Source: a bacterium
Lineage (GTDB): Bacteria; Eisenbacteria; RBG-16-71-46
Direction: 5' to 3'
NCBI GenBank assembly: GCA_043779265.1
Contig: JAYWEM010000112.1
Span: 1-20,495, forward strand
DNA length: 20,495 nucleotides
Under the pieces are notes generated by a model. It worked only from the letters and a program-made list of their open reading frames with translations. It ran no database searches and was not told the DNA's origin. Positions 7,063 through 14,722 of the stretch are shown here, in pieces (the stretch's first letter is position 1; each line of letters starts with the position of its first letter). The position numbers and the translations under genes are program-made.

Positions 7063-8407
7063 CAAGTCCCTCTTGGGACTCATTCTGATGGCCAGCCTCA
7101 CGCTGGCGATGTCTGCCGCGCCGGCCACGGCGCAGCAGTCGACGGCGATGTCGCAGGTGGGCATCCAGCGCACCGGTTCGGGGAGCTTCAGCCTCGATGT
7201 CGAGGGGGCGGAGATCCGTACCGTCCTCAAGGCGATCAGCGAGTTCGCTGGCCGTTCGATCGTGCCTTCGGCCAACACCAAGGGCATCGTGCGGGTGTCG
7301 CTCAAGAACGTGACCTGGCAGGACGCGCTCAAGGCGATCCTGCGCAGCAACGGGCTCGATTACGTCGAGGAGGGCTCGATCATCCGCGTGGATGAGACCT
7401 CCAAGCTCAACAGCGAGAAGGTGGAGCGCGAGACCGCCAACGCCCGCACGCTGGAACTGCTGCCGCTTGAGACGCGCATCCTCAAGCTGAACTTCGCGAA
7501 CGCTCCGGAGATGGTCGGTCCGCTGAGCGGCTCGCTCTCCAAGCGCGGCGTGATCCAGGTTGAGAAGCGCACCAACTCGCTGATCATCTCCGACCTGCCG
7601 GCGAATCTCGACCGGTTGGCGTCGATGGCCGAGACGCTCGACTCCGAGATCCCGCAGATCGAGATCACGGCGAAGCTGGTCGACGTGGACGCCTCGGCGC
7701 TCCGCGGAATCGGCATCGATTGGAACGTCGGGCCGACGGATGGGGCGAATGCGGAGTTCTTCGACGGCACACCGTTGCCGCCGAACTTCCTGAGGCCGGG
7801 CAACGACAATGATCAAAGGCTCGGTGGCCAGGCGAATACGTCGATCGCCGGCCCGTCGCACACGTTCACCTATGGCATCGCCAAGAGCTGGGGTTTCATC
7901 GAAGCTCAGCTCTCGATGCTCGAGGAGAATCGCAAGGCGAACATCATCTCGAATCCGCGCATCACGACGGTGGACAATCGTGAGGCCCGGATCATCGTCG
8001 GCCAGAAGATCCCGCTCATCATCCAGGACGTGGCCGGCAACCCGGTCACGCAGCTGACGACGATCGGCATCCAGCTTCGCGTGACGCCGCATCTGACGTC
8101 GGACAAGAAGATCATCATGGATCTGCACCCGGAGGTCAGCGACCTCTCGACGCAGTCCACGGTGCAGGGCGGCATCATCATCAACACGAGCGAGGCTGAC
8201 ACGCGCGTGATGGTGGACGATGGCCAGACTGCAGTGATCGGCGGCCTCATCCGCACGAACTCGTCGACGGTGCGACGCGGCTTGCCCATCCTCAAGGACC
8301 TCCCGCTCATCGGTGCGCTGTTCGGCTCGACCACCACGGTGGACCAGAACCGCGAGCTGATCATCTTCGTGACACCGCGCCTGATCCGTACGACGGCCGA
8401 CAACTGA
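7052..8407 (+). CDS. pilQ: Type IV pilus secretin PilQ (short form, 451 aa)
   Basis: SD GGGAG and a signal peptide. N0/STN SLDVEGAEIRTVLKAI...LKNVTWQDAL, N-domain EKRTNSLII, secretin core PQIEITAKLV, SNPRITTVDNREARI, GQTAVIGGL, GLPILKDLPLIGALF, ELIIFVTPR. Confidence 0.96.
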   Translation: MRADKSLLGLILMASLTLAMSAAPATAQQSTAMSQVGIQRTGSGSFSLDVEGAEIRTVLKAISEFAGRSIVPSANTKGIVRVSLKNVTWQDALKAILRSNGLDYVEEGSIIRVDETSKLNSEKVERETANARTLELLPLETRILKLNFANAPEMVGPLSGSLSKRGVIQVEKRTNSLIISDLPANLDRLASMAETLDSEIPQIEITAKLVDVDASALRGIGIDWNVGPTDGANAEFFDGTPLPPNFLRPGNDNDQRLGGQANTSIAGPSHTFTYGIAKSWGFIEAQLSMLEENRKANIISNPRITTVDNREARIIVGQKIPLIIQDVAGNPVTQLTTIGIQLRVTPHLTSDKKIIMDLHPEVSDLSTQSTVQGGIIINTSEADTRVMVDDGQTAVIGGLIRTNSSTVRRGLPILKDLPLIGALFGSTTTVDQNRELIIFVTPRLIRTTADN

Positions 8408-8430
8408 CGCACCCGAATCCCAACGCGATC

Positions 8431-8462
8431 GCGGCCGCCGTCCCTCACGGGACGGCGGCCGT
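8431..8462 (+). terminator. Strong stem-loop after pilQ
   Basis: GCGGCCGCCGTCCC-TCAC-GGGACGGCGGCCGT: 13 Watson-Crick pairs plus a G-U pair, with a weak U-tract. Confidence 0.6.
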
Positions 8463-8504
8463 TCCGCTTGCGGCCGCTCGGTCCCACGTGCGAGGGTCGT
8501 TCAC

Positions 8505-9047
8505 ATGAGCAGACTTGCATCGAGGCCGATCGCGCTGGTGGGGTTGATGGGTGCCGGAAAGAGCGAGGTGGCGCGTTGTCTCGGGGAGCGACTGGGAGCC
8601 TCGGTCGCCGATCTCGATGCGATGATCGAGGCGCAGGAAGGACTGCCCGTCGCCGCGCTGTTCGAGCGCTCGGGCGAAGCGTGGTTCCGTCGCCGTGAGA
8701 GCGAGTTGCTCGCCCAGTTGATCCATGCCGGCATCCAGGTGCTGGCAACCGGCGGTGGCATCGTCTTGGACGAGGGACGTCGCCAGCGGCTCCGCTCGGA
8801 CTGTTTCGTCGCTTGGCTCGAGGTCTCGCCCGAGACGGCGCTGGCGAGGGTCGGTGGAGCACAGGGCGATCCCGCCCGGCAGCGCCCGCTTCTCGCCGGC
8901 GCCGATCCTCTCGAGCGGCTCACCCACCTCCTCGCAGAGCGAACGCCCCACTACGCGGAGGTCGCCCATGTCCGCGTCGCGACCGAGGGGCTGAGTATCG
9001 ACGAGGTGGCGGAGCAGGTGCAGCGCGCTCGGGCCAGTGCGTGTTGA
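8505..9047 (+). CDS. aroK: Shikimate kinase
   Basis: ALVGLMGAGKS, DLDAMIE, GEAWFRRRE, LATGGGIV, RPLL, ERTPHY. Follows pilQ, its usual position. Confidence 0.94.
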   Translation: MSRLASRPIALVGLMGAGKSEVARCLGERLGASVADLDAMIEAQEGLPVAALFERSGEAWFRRRESELLAQLIHAGIQVLATGGGIVLDEGRRQRLRSDCFVAWLEVSPETALARVGGAQGDPARQRPLLAGADPLERLTHLLAERTPHYAEVAHVRVATEGLSIDEVAEQVQRARASAC

Positions 9048-9832
9048 TTCGCCACGCGCTTCTCGCTCTCGCCGGCGTGCTCGTGCTCACGGGCTGCGCG
9101 CGCGACGTCCGGCTCGGCGAACGCGAGGCGGTCCGTGTCCAGCACCAGCGCGGCGTCACGGCCCGCGAGGCCCGGCTGGGTGCGATGCGGGCCGATGGCC
9201 GCGTGCAATTCGATGGTCGCGCGACGGGCAGGCTCCCGGCGCTGATCGCGCAGACGACGCTGGCAGGCGACGACGGCTTCCGTCTGCGCGCGCGCTGGTT
9301 GCTCGGCACCGCGGCGGATGTGGTGTTGCGTGGCGACAGCCTCGTCGTCTGGGTGCCGGCCGAGCGGCTCGCCTTCTCGCTCGCGGGTGCAGGGGAGACG
9401 CTGGGCGTGGGCAGCGCCGGGTCATGGGTCGCGCGCGTCCTCTCGGCCACGTGGTCGCCACCCAGCGAGGCGTGGCGCAGCGCCGTGCAGCAAGGCGAAC
9501 TACTCCTCCTGCGTTGGCAGCAAGGGACGGACTCGCTGTCCTTGACGCTCGATGCGGCCGGGGAGGCACGCGAAGCGCGGCTGTGGCGAGACGGGAGCGG
9601 CCTCTCGGCCACCTACGGGGAGTGGCGTTCGAGTGAGGGCATCCGCTGGCCGCATCGCGTGACGCTCGCCGATCTCGAGGGATGGCTGTCGTGCGCGCTG
9701 ACGCTCGAGTCGATCACGTTCCCGCCTCGCATCCGACCGGAGTGGCTGGAACTGCGGCTGCCGGGCGATGCGCGCCGGATCGGCTGGGAGGAGCTCCGGG
9801 AGTGGCTCGATGTGTTCGCAGGGGGGGGCTGA
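9041..9832 (+). CDS. Lipoprotein, DUF4292 / LolB-like beta-rich fold (putative)
   Basis: GTG 9041 or TTG 9044 overlapping the aroK stop. Signal with lipobox LVLTG-C, beta-strand pattern LLGTAADVVLRGDSLVVW, YGEWRSSEGIRWPHRVTL, C-terminal LRLPGDA. Confidence 0.6.
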   Translation: MLIRHALLALAGVLVLTGCARDVRLGEREAVRVQHQRGVTAREARLGAMRADGRVQFDGRATGRLPALIAQTTLAGDDGFRLRARWLLGTAADVVLRGDSLVVWVPAERLAFSLAGAGETLGVGSAGSWVARVLSATWSPPSEAWRSAVQQGELLLLRWQQGTDSLSLTLDAAGEAREARLWRDGSGLSATYGEWRSSEGIRWPHRVTLADLEGWLSCALTLESITFPPRIRPEWLELRLPGDARRIGWEELREWLDVFAGGG

Positions 9833-10455
9833 TGCGCGTGCTTTCGATTCTGGTGGCTTCGATCCTGCTCACGATGTTCGGCATCGGCATCGGCGTCGCT
9901 TCTGCGGCGCCGCTCGAGGCCTCGCGCGCTCTGCTGGCCGGCCTGCGCTCGAAGGGCCGGGCCGAGGCGACTCTGCGCTACACGTTGGAGGGAGTTCCCG
10001 GCGAGCCGGGCCGACCGATCCGCGGGACGCTCGCCCTCGAGCCCCCTGATCGCGCTCGACTCGATGTGGCCACCACCGGCGAGACGATCGCCGTGCGAGC
10101 CGATGGCGGCGACTGGCTGGACCCGGCGGCGGGCCAGCTGGTGAGGCTCTCTCCGGCGCGAGTCGCCCCGGCACTCCGGTGGTGGCGCGTGTTGCTCGGC
10201 GGCGGCGGTGAGGTCAGGGAGCGACGCGACAGCCCGGGCCGCTGGTGGCTCATCCTGCCGGCTCGAGCGGGAGTGCCAGCCGACAGCGCCCTCGTCCAAT
10301 TGGATGCCCAGGGGCTGCCCGCTCGACTGGATTTGCCCTCGGGCGATGGCCCGGCACTCTATCGGCTGTCCTCGTGGCGCTTTCTCGCCGCGAAGGGAGC
10401 CTCGGCCTTCACGCTCAAGGCCCCGCCCGGGGTGGTCGAGGTGCGGCTGCCCTGA
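9832..10455 (+). CDS. lolA: Divergent LolA-like lipoprotein carrier
   Basis: TGATG coupling and a Sec signal ending ASA. GTLALEPPDRARLD...ADGGDWLDPAAGQL and C-terminal FTLKAPPGV match the LolA layout. Confidence 0.7.
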   Translation: MRVLSILVASILLTMFGIGIGVASAAPLEASRALLAGLRSKGRAEATLRYTLEGVPGEPGRPIRGTLALEPPDRARLDVATTGETIAVRADGGDWLDPAAGQLVRLSPARVAPALRWWRVLLGGGGEVRERRDSPGRWWLILPARAGVPADSALVQLDAQGLPARLDLPSGDGPALYRLSSWRFLAAKGASAFTLKAPPGVVEVRLP

Positions 10456-10498
10456 GTTGACGCCCTCGCGGGCGTTCGCGCATCCTGCGTTCCCGCTC

Positions 10499-11077
10499 AT
10501 GCGCGTCATCGCCGGAGAGTTCGGAGGCCGCCCACTCGAGGCGCCGCGAGGTCGAAACACCCGTCCGACTTCGGACCGGGTGCGCGAGGCCTTGTTCATG
10601 GCCCTCGGGCCGCTCGATGGGCTGACCGTCGTGGATCTGTTCTCGGGCAGTGGTTCGCTGGGGATCGAGGCGCTGTCCCGCGGGGCGGCATTCGCCCACT
10701 TCGTGGACGCCGATCGGCAGTCGAGAGCGATCACCGAGAGCAATATCGCCAAGCTTGGAATCGCAAGCCGCACAAAGGCCTGGATGCTTCAGCTTCCACG
10801 CGGCCTCAAGCATCTCGCGGAACCGCTCGCAGCGGCTCGGCTCGTGCTGGCGGACCCGCCCTATGGGGGCGACGATGCTCGCGCGGTGCTGGAGGGACTG
10901 GGAAGGCAGGGCGTGTTGGCGCCGGGCACTCGTGTGGTGCTCGAGCGGCATGCGAAGGATGTGGTGCCGGAGACGGTCGGAGTGCTCGTTCGCTCACGCG
11001 AGCGACGCTACGGCGAGACGGTCGTGGACCTGTACGAGGCGCGCGAGGGCGCGCCGACTCGGGAGGACCTCGCATGA
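10499..11077 (+). CDS. rsmD: 16S rRNA m2G966 methyltransferase RsmD
   Basis: MRVIAGEFGGRPL, TRPTSDRVREALF, DLFSGSGSLGIEALSRGA, DPPY, RRYGET. Confidence 0.96.
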   Translation: MRVIAGEFGGRPLEAPRGRNTRPTSDRVREALFMALGPLDGLTVVDLFSGSGSLGIEALSRGAAFAHFVDADRQSRAITESNIAKLGIASRTKAWMLQLPRGLKHLAEPLAAARLVLADPPYGGDDARAVLEGLGRQGVLAPGTRVVLERHAKDVVPETVGVLVRSRERRYGETVVDLYEAREGAPTREDLA

Positions 11078-11580
11078 GACGGCAGCGCGTCGCGCTGTTT
11101 CCCGGCAGCTTCGATCCGTTCACCAATGGCCATCTTGACCTGGCGCGCCGTGCGGCGGCCATCTTCGATCGCGTCATCGTCGCGGTCGCGCACAACCCGG
11201 CCAAGTCCTGCCTGTTCACGCCGGAGGAGCGAGTCGAGTTGATCGAGGGTTCACTGAAGGGCACGCGCGGGGTCACCGCGATGCACTTCTCCGGGCTCGT
11301 CGTCGAGTGCGCTCGCAGCGTCGGCGCGCACGTGATGGTTCGCGGGCTGCGAGCGGTGAGTGACTTCGAGTTCGAGTTCCAGATGGCGCTGATGAATCGC
11401 AGGCTCAGCCCCGATCTCGAAGTGGCGTTCCTGATGCCGAGTCAGGAGTACACGTATCTCAACTCGACGCTCGTCAAGGAAGTGGCGCGTCACGGTGGCC
11501 GAATCCAGGGGCTCGTTCCACGCAACGTGGAGGTCGCGCTTCAGAAGCGATTCCGTGCCGAGGCGAGGTCGGCTCGGTGA
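11074..11580 (+). CDS. coaD: Pantetheine-phosphate adenylyltransferase
   Basis: FPGSFDPFTNGHLD, RGLRAVSDFEFEFQMALMNR, STLVKEVA. The rsmD-coaD pairing is common. Confidence 0.97.
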   Translation: MRRQRVALFPGSFDPFTNGHLDLARRAAAIFDRVIVAVAHNPAKSCLFTPEERVELIEGSLKGTRGVTAMHFSGLVVECARSVGAHVMVRGLRAVSDFEFEFQMALMNRRLSPDLEVAFLMPSQEYTYLNSTLVKEVARHGGRIQGLVPRNVEVALQKRFRAEARSAR

Positions 11581-12578
11581 GTGCGACGCTCGAACGCATC
11601 CGCAGGCTCGCCACTGCGCGGCCGCAGCGTCTGCTGCTGGCCGAGGCGGACGATCCACGCGTGGTGCGGGCGGCTGCACGTCTGGCGCGTGAAGGTCGCG
11701 CGCGCGTCTCCCTGATCGGGGACGCAACGGTGGCGCGGGCGACCGCACGCTCGGCGGACGCGAATCTGCGCGGGGTCGAACTGGTCGAGTCCACCGACTC
11801 CACGATCCTGTCTGCCACGCGTGCCGCGCTCGTCGCGGCGCGTGGCGAACGACTGACGGGTGAGGCGCTCGATCGCGCCGCGGCCGACCCGGTGTTCCAG
11901 GCCGCCGCACGCGTGAAGGCGGGGGAGGCCGATGCGTTCGTGGCGGGCGCGGTCCGGACGACGGCTGATGTGCTGCGTTCGGCGCTGTGGCTGATCGGTC
12001 TCGCGGCCGGCGTCAAGAGCGTCAGCTCGTTCTTCCTGATGGTGCTCGACGAGGGGGCCGGCAAGGAGCGCCCACTCACGTTCGCCGACTGCGGCGTTCT
12101 CCCCGATCCGACGGCCGAGCAGTTGGCCGAACTCGCATGCCTGGCCGCCGATCACCATCGGCAGCTGACGCAGGAGGTGCCGCATGTGGCGATGCTGTCG
12201 TTCTCGACGCGCGGCAGCGCGGAGCACCCGCGTGTGATCAAGGTGCGCGAGGCCACGGCGATCGCCCGCGCCCGACGCCCCGACCTCCACATCGATGGCG
12301 AGTTGCAGGCGGATGCGGCGCTCGTTCCCGAGATCGGCAGTCGCAAGGCCCCCGACTCGGTCGTGGCCGGATATGCGAATGTGCTCGTGTTCCCGGATCT
12401 CGATGCCGGCAACATCGGCTACAAACTGGTGCAGCGCCTCGCGGGCGCTGCGGCCTATGGCCCCATTCTGCAAGGCCTGTCGCGTCAGGCGAATGACCTC
12501 TCGCGAGGCTGCAGCAGCGACGACGTGGTGGAGGTCTCCACCATCGCCTGTGCGCTCGCCGCCGCGCGCACCCCCTAA
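11577..12578 (+). CDS. pta: Phosphate acetyltransferase (short PTA_PTB form)
   Basis: VSSFFLM, FADCGV, MLSFSTRGSA, DGELQADAA, FPDLDAGNIGYKLVQRL, NDLSRGCS. Confidence 0.93.
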   Translation: MSATLERIRRLATARPQRLLLAEADDPRVVRAAARLAREGRARVSLIGDATVARATARSADANLRGVELVESTDSTILSATRAALVAARGERLTGEALDRAAADPVFQAAARVKAGEADAFVAGAVRTTADVLRSALWLIGLAAGVKSVSSFFLMVLDEGAGKERPLTFADCGVLPDPTAEQLAELACLAADHHRQLTQEVPHVAMLSFSTRGSAEHPRVIKVREATAIARARRPDLHIDGELQADAALVPEIGSRKAPDSVVAGYANVLVFPDLDAGNIGYKLVQRLAGAAAYGPILQGLSRQANDLSRGCSSDDVVEVSTIACALAAARTP

Positions 12579-12599
12579 GCGTCCGATCGAGGAGGATCG

Positions 12600-12896
12600 A
12601 TGCCGACCTACGTCTATCGTTGCCCGGAGGAGCACACCTTCGAGCTCGCGCACAGCATCAAGGATGAGTCGCCGCGGAACTGCCCCGAGTGCGGCGCCGT
12701 GGCCAAGCGCGTTCCGGCGGGAGGCGCGGGCCTGCTCTTCAAGGGAACGGGCTTCTACATCACCGACTACCGCAGCAGCGGCTATCAGAAGAAGGCGAAG
12801 GCCGACGGCGCTGGCGACAAGCCGGCTGCCGCAGCCGGAGGTGAGGCGGCCAAGCCGAGCCCGCCTCCGCCCGCCAAGGGAAGTGGCGAAGCGTGA
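12600..12896 (+). CDS. FmdB-family zinc-ribbon protein
   Basis: SD GAGGAGG. MPTYVYRCPEEHTF...CPECG...FKGTGFYITDY followed by a low-complexity tail. Confidence 0.92.
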   Translation: MPTYVYRCPEEHTFELAHSIKDESPRNCPECGAVAKRVPAGGAGLLFKGTGFYITDYRSSGYQKKAKADGAGDKPAAAAGGEAAKPSPPPPAKGSGEA

Positions 12897-14722
12897 GTCG
12901 GAGCACGAGCCATCTGACTGCCGAACTGCTGCGGGCCGACGAGTCCCCCTGGGGGGCACCCGGCTCCTGGCGCCCGCCGCGCGCCGACCACGTCGTGCTC
13001 GACGAGCACGATGGCACGGTCGCGCTGCTCGCGTATCAGGCGTTGGGGGGCGGTCGGATCGCGTGCGAGCGTGCGCTCCTCGCGAGCGCAGCTGCGCCCT
13101 CGGGTCCCGATGCGAGTGAGGACCTGCGCTATCTGCAGGCCATGGCCGCACACGCCGGCATCGCATTCGCCCGTCCCGGTTCGGCTCCCAGTGGTGCCCT
13201 GCATCGACGCGCCTTCGCGGCGCCCGGCAGCGCCGTCTGCGGCCTCGGCCACTCAGTCGCGGGAGCCGGTGCCTACGGCATGCTGGCGTGGTCGGTGGGA
13301 GCCCTCGAGTGCGCCACCGCACTCGCCGGACACGCGCTGCCGTTCGCACGACCTCCCGTCATCGGCGTGCGCCTCGATGGCGCGCCGCCCGTCGGCGTGA
13401 GCGGACTCGACGTGCTGGTCGCCGTGCTCGATGCGCTGGGGCCACTCGCCCGCGGCGCGGTGCTCGAGTGCCATGGCGACGGCATCGCGTCGATCGAGAT
13501 GGACGACCGCGTCGCGTTCGCCGCGCATGTTCCGCGCGGCGGCGCTCGTGCCGCGGTGTTCCCGGCCGATGACCGGACGCGTGCGACTCTTCGCGCGCAG
13601 GGTCGCGACGAGGACTGGCGCCGCTTCGAGGGAGGTTCGCGCGGTTTCGATCATGAAGTGAGCCTCGATCTCGCCGTCGTTCGCCCGCGGGCGCTGCCCA
13701 TCGTGGAGCGCGTGATCATCGGGTCCGAGGCCGAGGACGATGCGGTGCGCCGCGTCCGCTTCGGACTGGAGCGCGCGGATCGCTCGCTACTCGGTGTCCT
13801 CGAATGGGTCCCGGGCGGCCGGATCCAGCGCGACCTGCTTCGCGCCGACGGAACGCTCGCCGCGCTCGAGGCGCTGGGCGTCCTCGTGCATGACGTCGGG
13901 GCCCACGTGCAGCCGAGAGGTGCGGCCTGGCTCGGTTCGGATGCGGCGTCGATCGCCGACTCGGTCTCGCCCGCGGGTGCGGTCGCGTTCGCGCTCGGAC
14001 ACGCTCGAGTGGATCCCGTTCTCGAGTGGATGGCGGCTCCGAGGCTCGAGCGCGGCACGCCGCTCGCCTCGGACACGTTCGTGCCACCCGCCGAAGCAGG
14101 GAGCGAGCCCCTTCCGGGTGAGCGCCACCGCATCCCCTCCCCGACCCGCGGCCATCGCGAGCGCTCTCGCGGCGTCGCGGTGTCGCGAGTGGCGGACGGC
14201 GCCGGCGTGTCGTGGGTCCCGAAGGGGCCTCGTACCCACGCGGTGCGCGCCGAGGGCGGCGCCCTTGCGGAATGGGTGCTCCGCGAACAGGATCCGGGGG
14301 CCGCTGCGAGGGCCATGGCGCATGGCGGTGGTTTCGTGCTCGCGGGCACGGCGATGTCGGGCGACGAGGTCGATGCCCTGTCCGCACGGGCGCTCGCGGC
14401 GCTGGGCGTGAACATCGTGCTCGCCGACCGGATCGCCGCGGCGCCCGCGAGGCAGCTCGCCCTGCATGGTGTCCTGCCGCTGACCTGGGAGCACCGCCTA
14501 CAGGCGCCGCTCATCCAGGTCGGGGATGAACTCGAAGTGACGAATCGAAGCGGAGACCTCGAGTCCGGCGCGCGCGTCAGCGTGCGCGACCTGACACGAG
14601 GGGTGACGCTCGCTGCGCGCGCCGAACTGGATGCGCCGCTGGTGGCCATCGCCCGACAGGGCGGATGGCTCGCGACCTGTACCGCTGCGCGAGAGCGTGA
14701 GCGAGGAGGGAGAACCGAGTGA
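12893..14722 (+). CDS. Aconitase-family homologue, apparently catalytically inactive (609 aa)
   Basis: Colinear with short-type aconitate hydratases (GIAFARPG, VFPADDRTRATLRAQGR, VSLDL, RVIIGS, VSPAGAVAFAL, swivel-domain GGGFVLAG...LGVNIVLA...HGVLPL, GGWL), but active-site motifs are substituted. GTGA overlaps at both ends. Confidence 0.82.
   Translation: MSRSTSHLTAELLRADESPWGAPGSWRPPRADHVVLDEHDGTVALLAYQALGGGRIACERALLASAAAPSGPDASEDLRYLQAMAAHAGIAFARPGSAPSGALHRRAFAAPGSAVCGLGHSVAGAGAYGMLAWSVGALECATALAGHALPFARPPVIGVRLDGAPPVGVSGLDVLVAVLDALGPLARGAVLECHGDGIASIEMDDRVAFAAHVPRGGARAAVFPADDRTRATLRAQGRDEDWRRFEGGSRGFDHEVSLDLAVVRPRALPIVERVIIGSEAEDDAVRRVRFGLERADRSLLGVLEWVPGGRIQRDLLRADGTLAALEALGVLVHDVGAHVQPRGAAWLGSDAASIADSVSPAGAVAFALGHARVDPVLEWMAAPRLERGTPLASDTFVPPAEAGSEPLPGERHRIPSPTRGHRERSRGVAVSRVADGAGVSWVPKGPRTHAVRAEGGALAEWVLREQDPGAAARAMAHGGGFVLAGTAMSGDEVDALSARALAALGVNIVLADRIAAAPARQLALHGVLPLTWEHRLQAPLIQVGDELEVTNRSGDLESGARVSVRDLTRGVTLAARAELDAPLVAIARQGGWLATCTAARERERGGRTE

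Noticed and set aside
1379..8128. Long minus-strand ORFs over the ABC and pil genes (e.g. 1379..2404, 3099..4427, 6986..8128)
   Set aside because: Same shadow effect from biased codon usage; they overlap clear genes almost entirely.
12893..14722. Calling the aconitase homologue a pseudogene or a LeuC/LeuD fusion
   Set aside because: There is no stop or frameshift in 609 codons and both overlaps are intact. The domain order and icd adjacency fit a single-chain aconitase, and LeuC would need the same missing Cys ligands.
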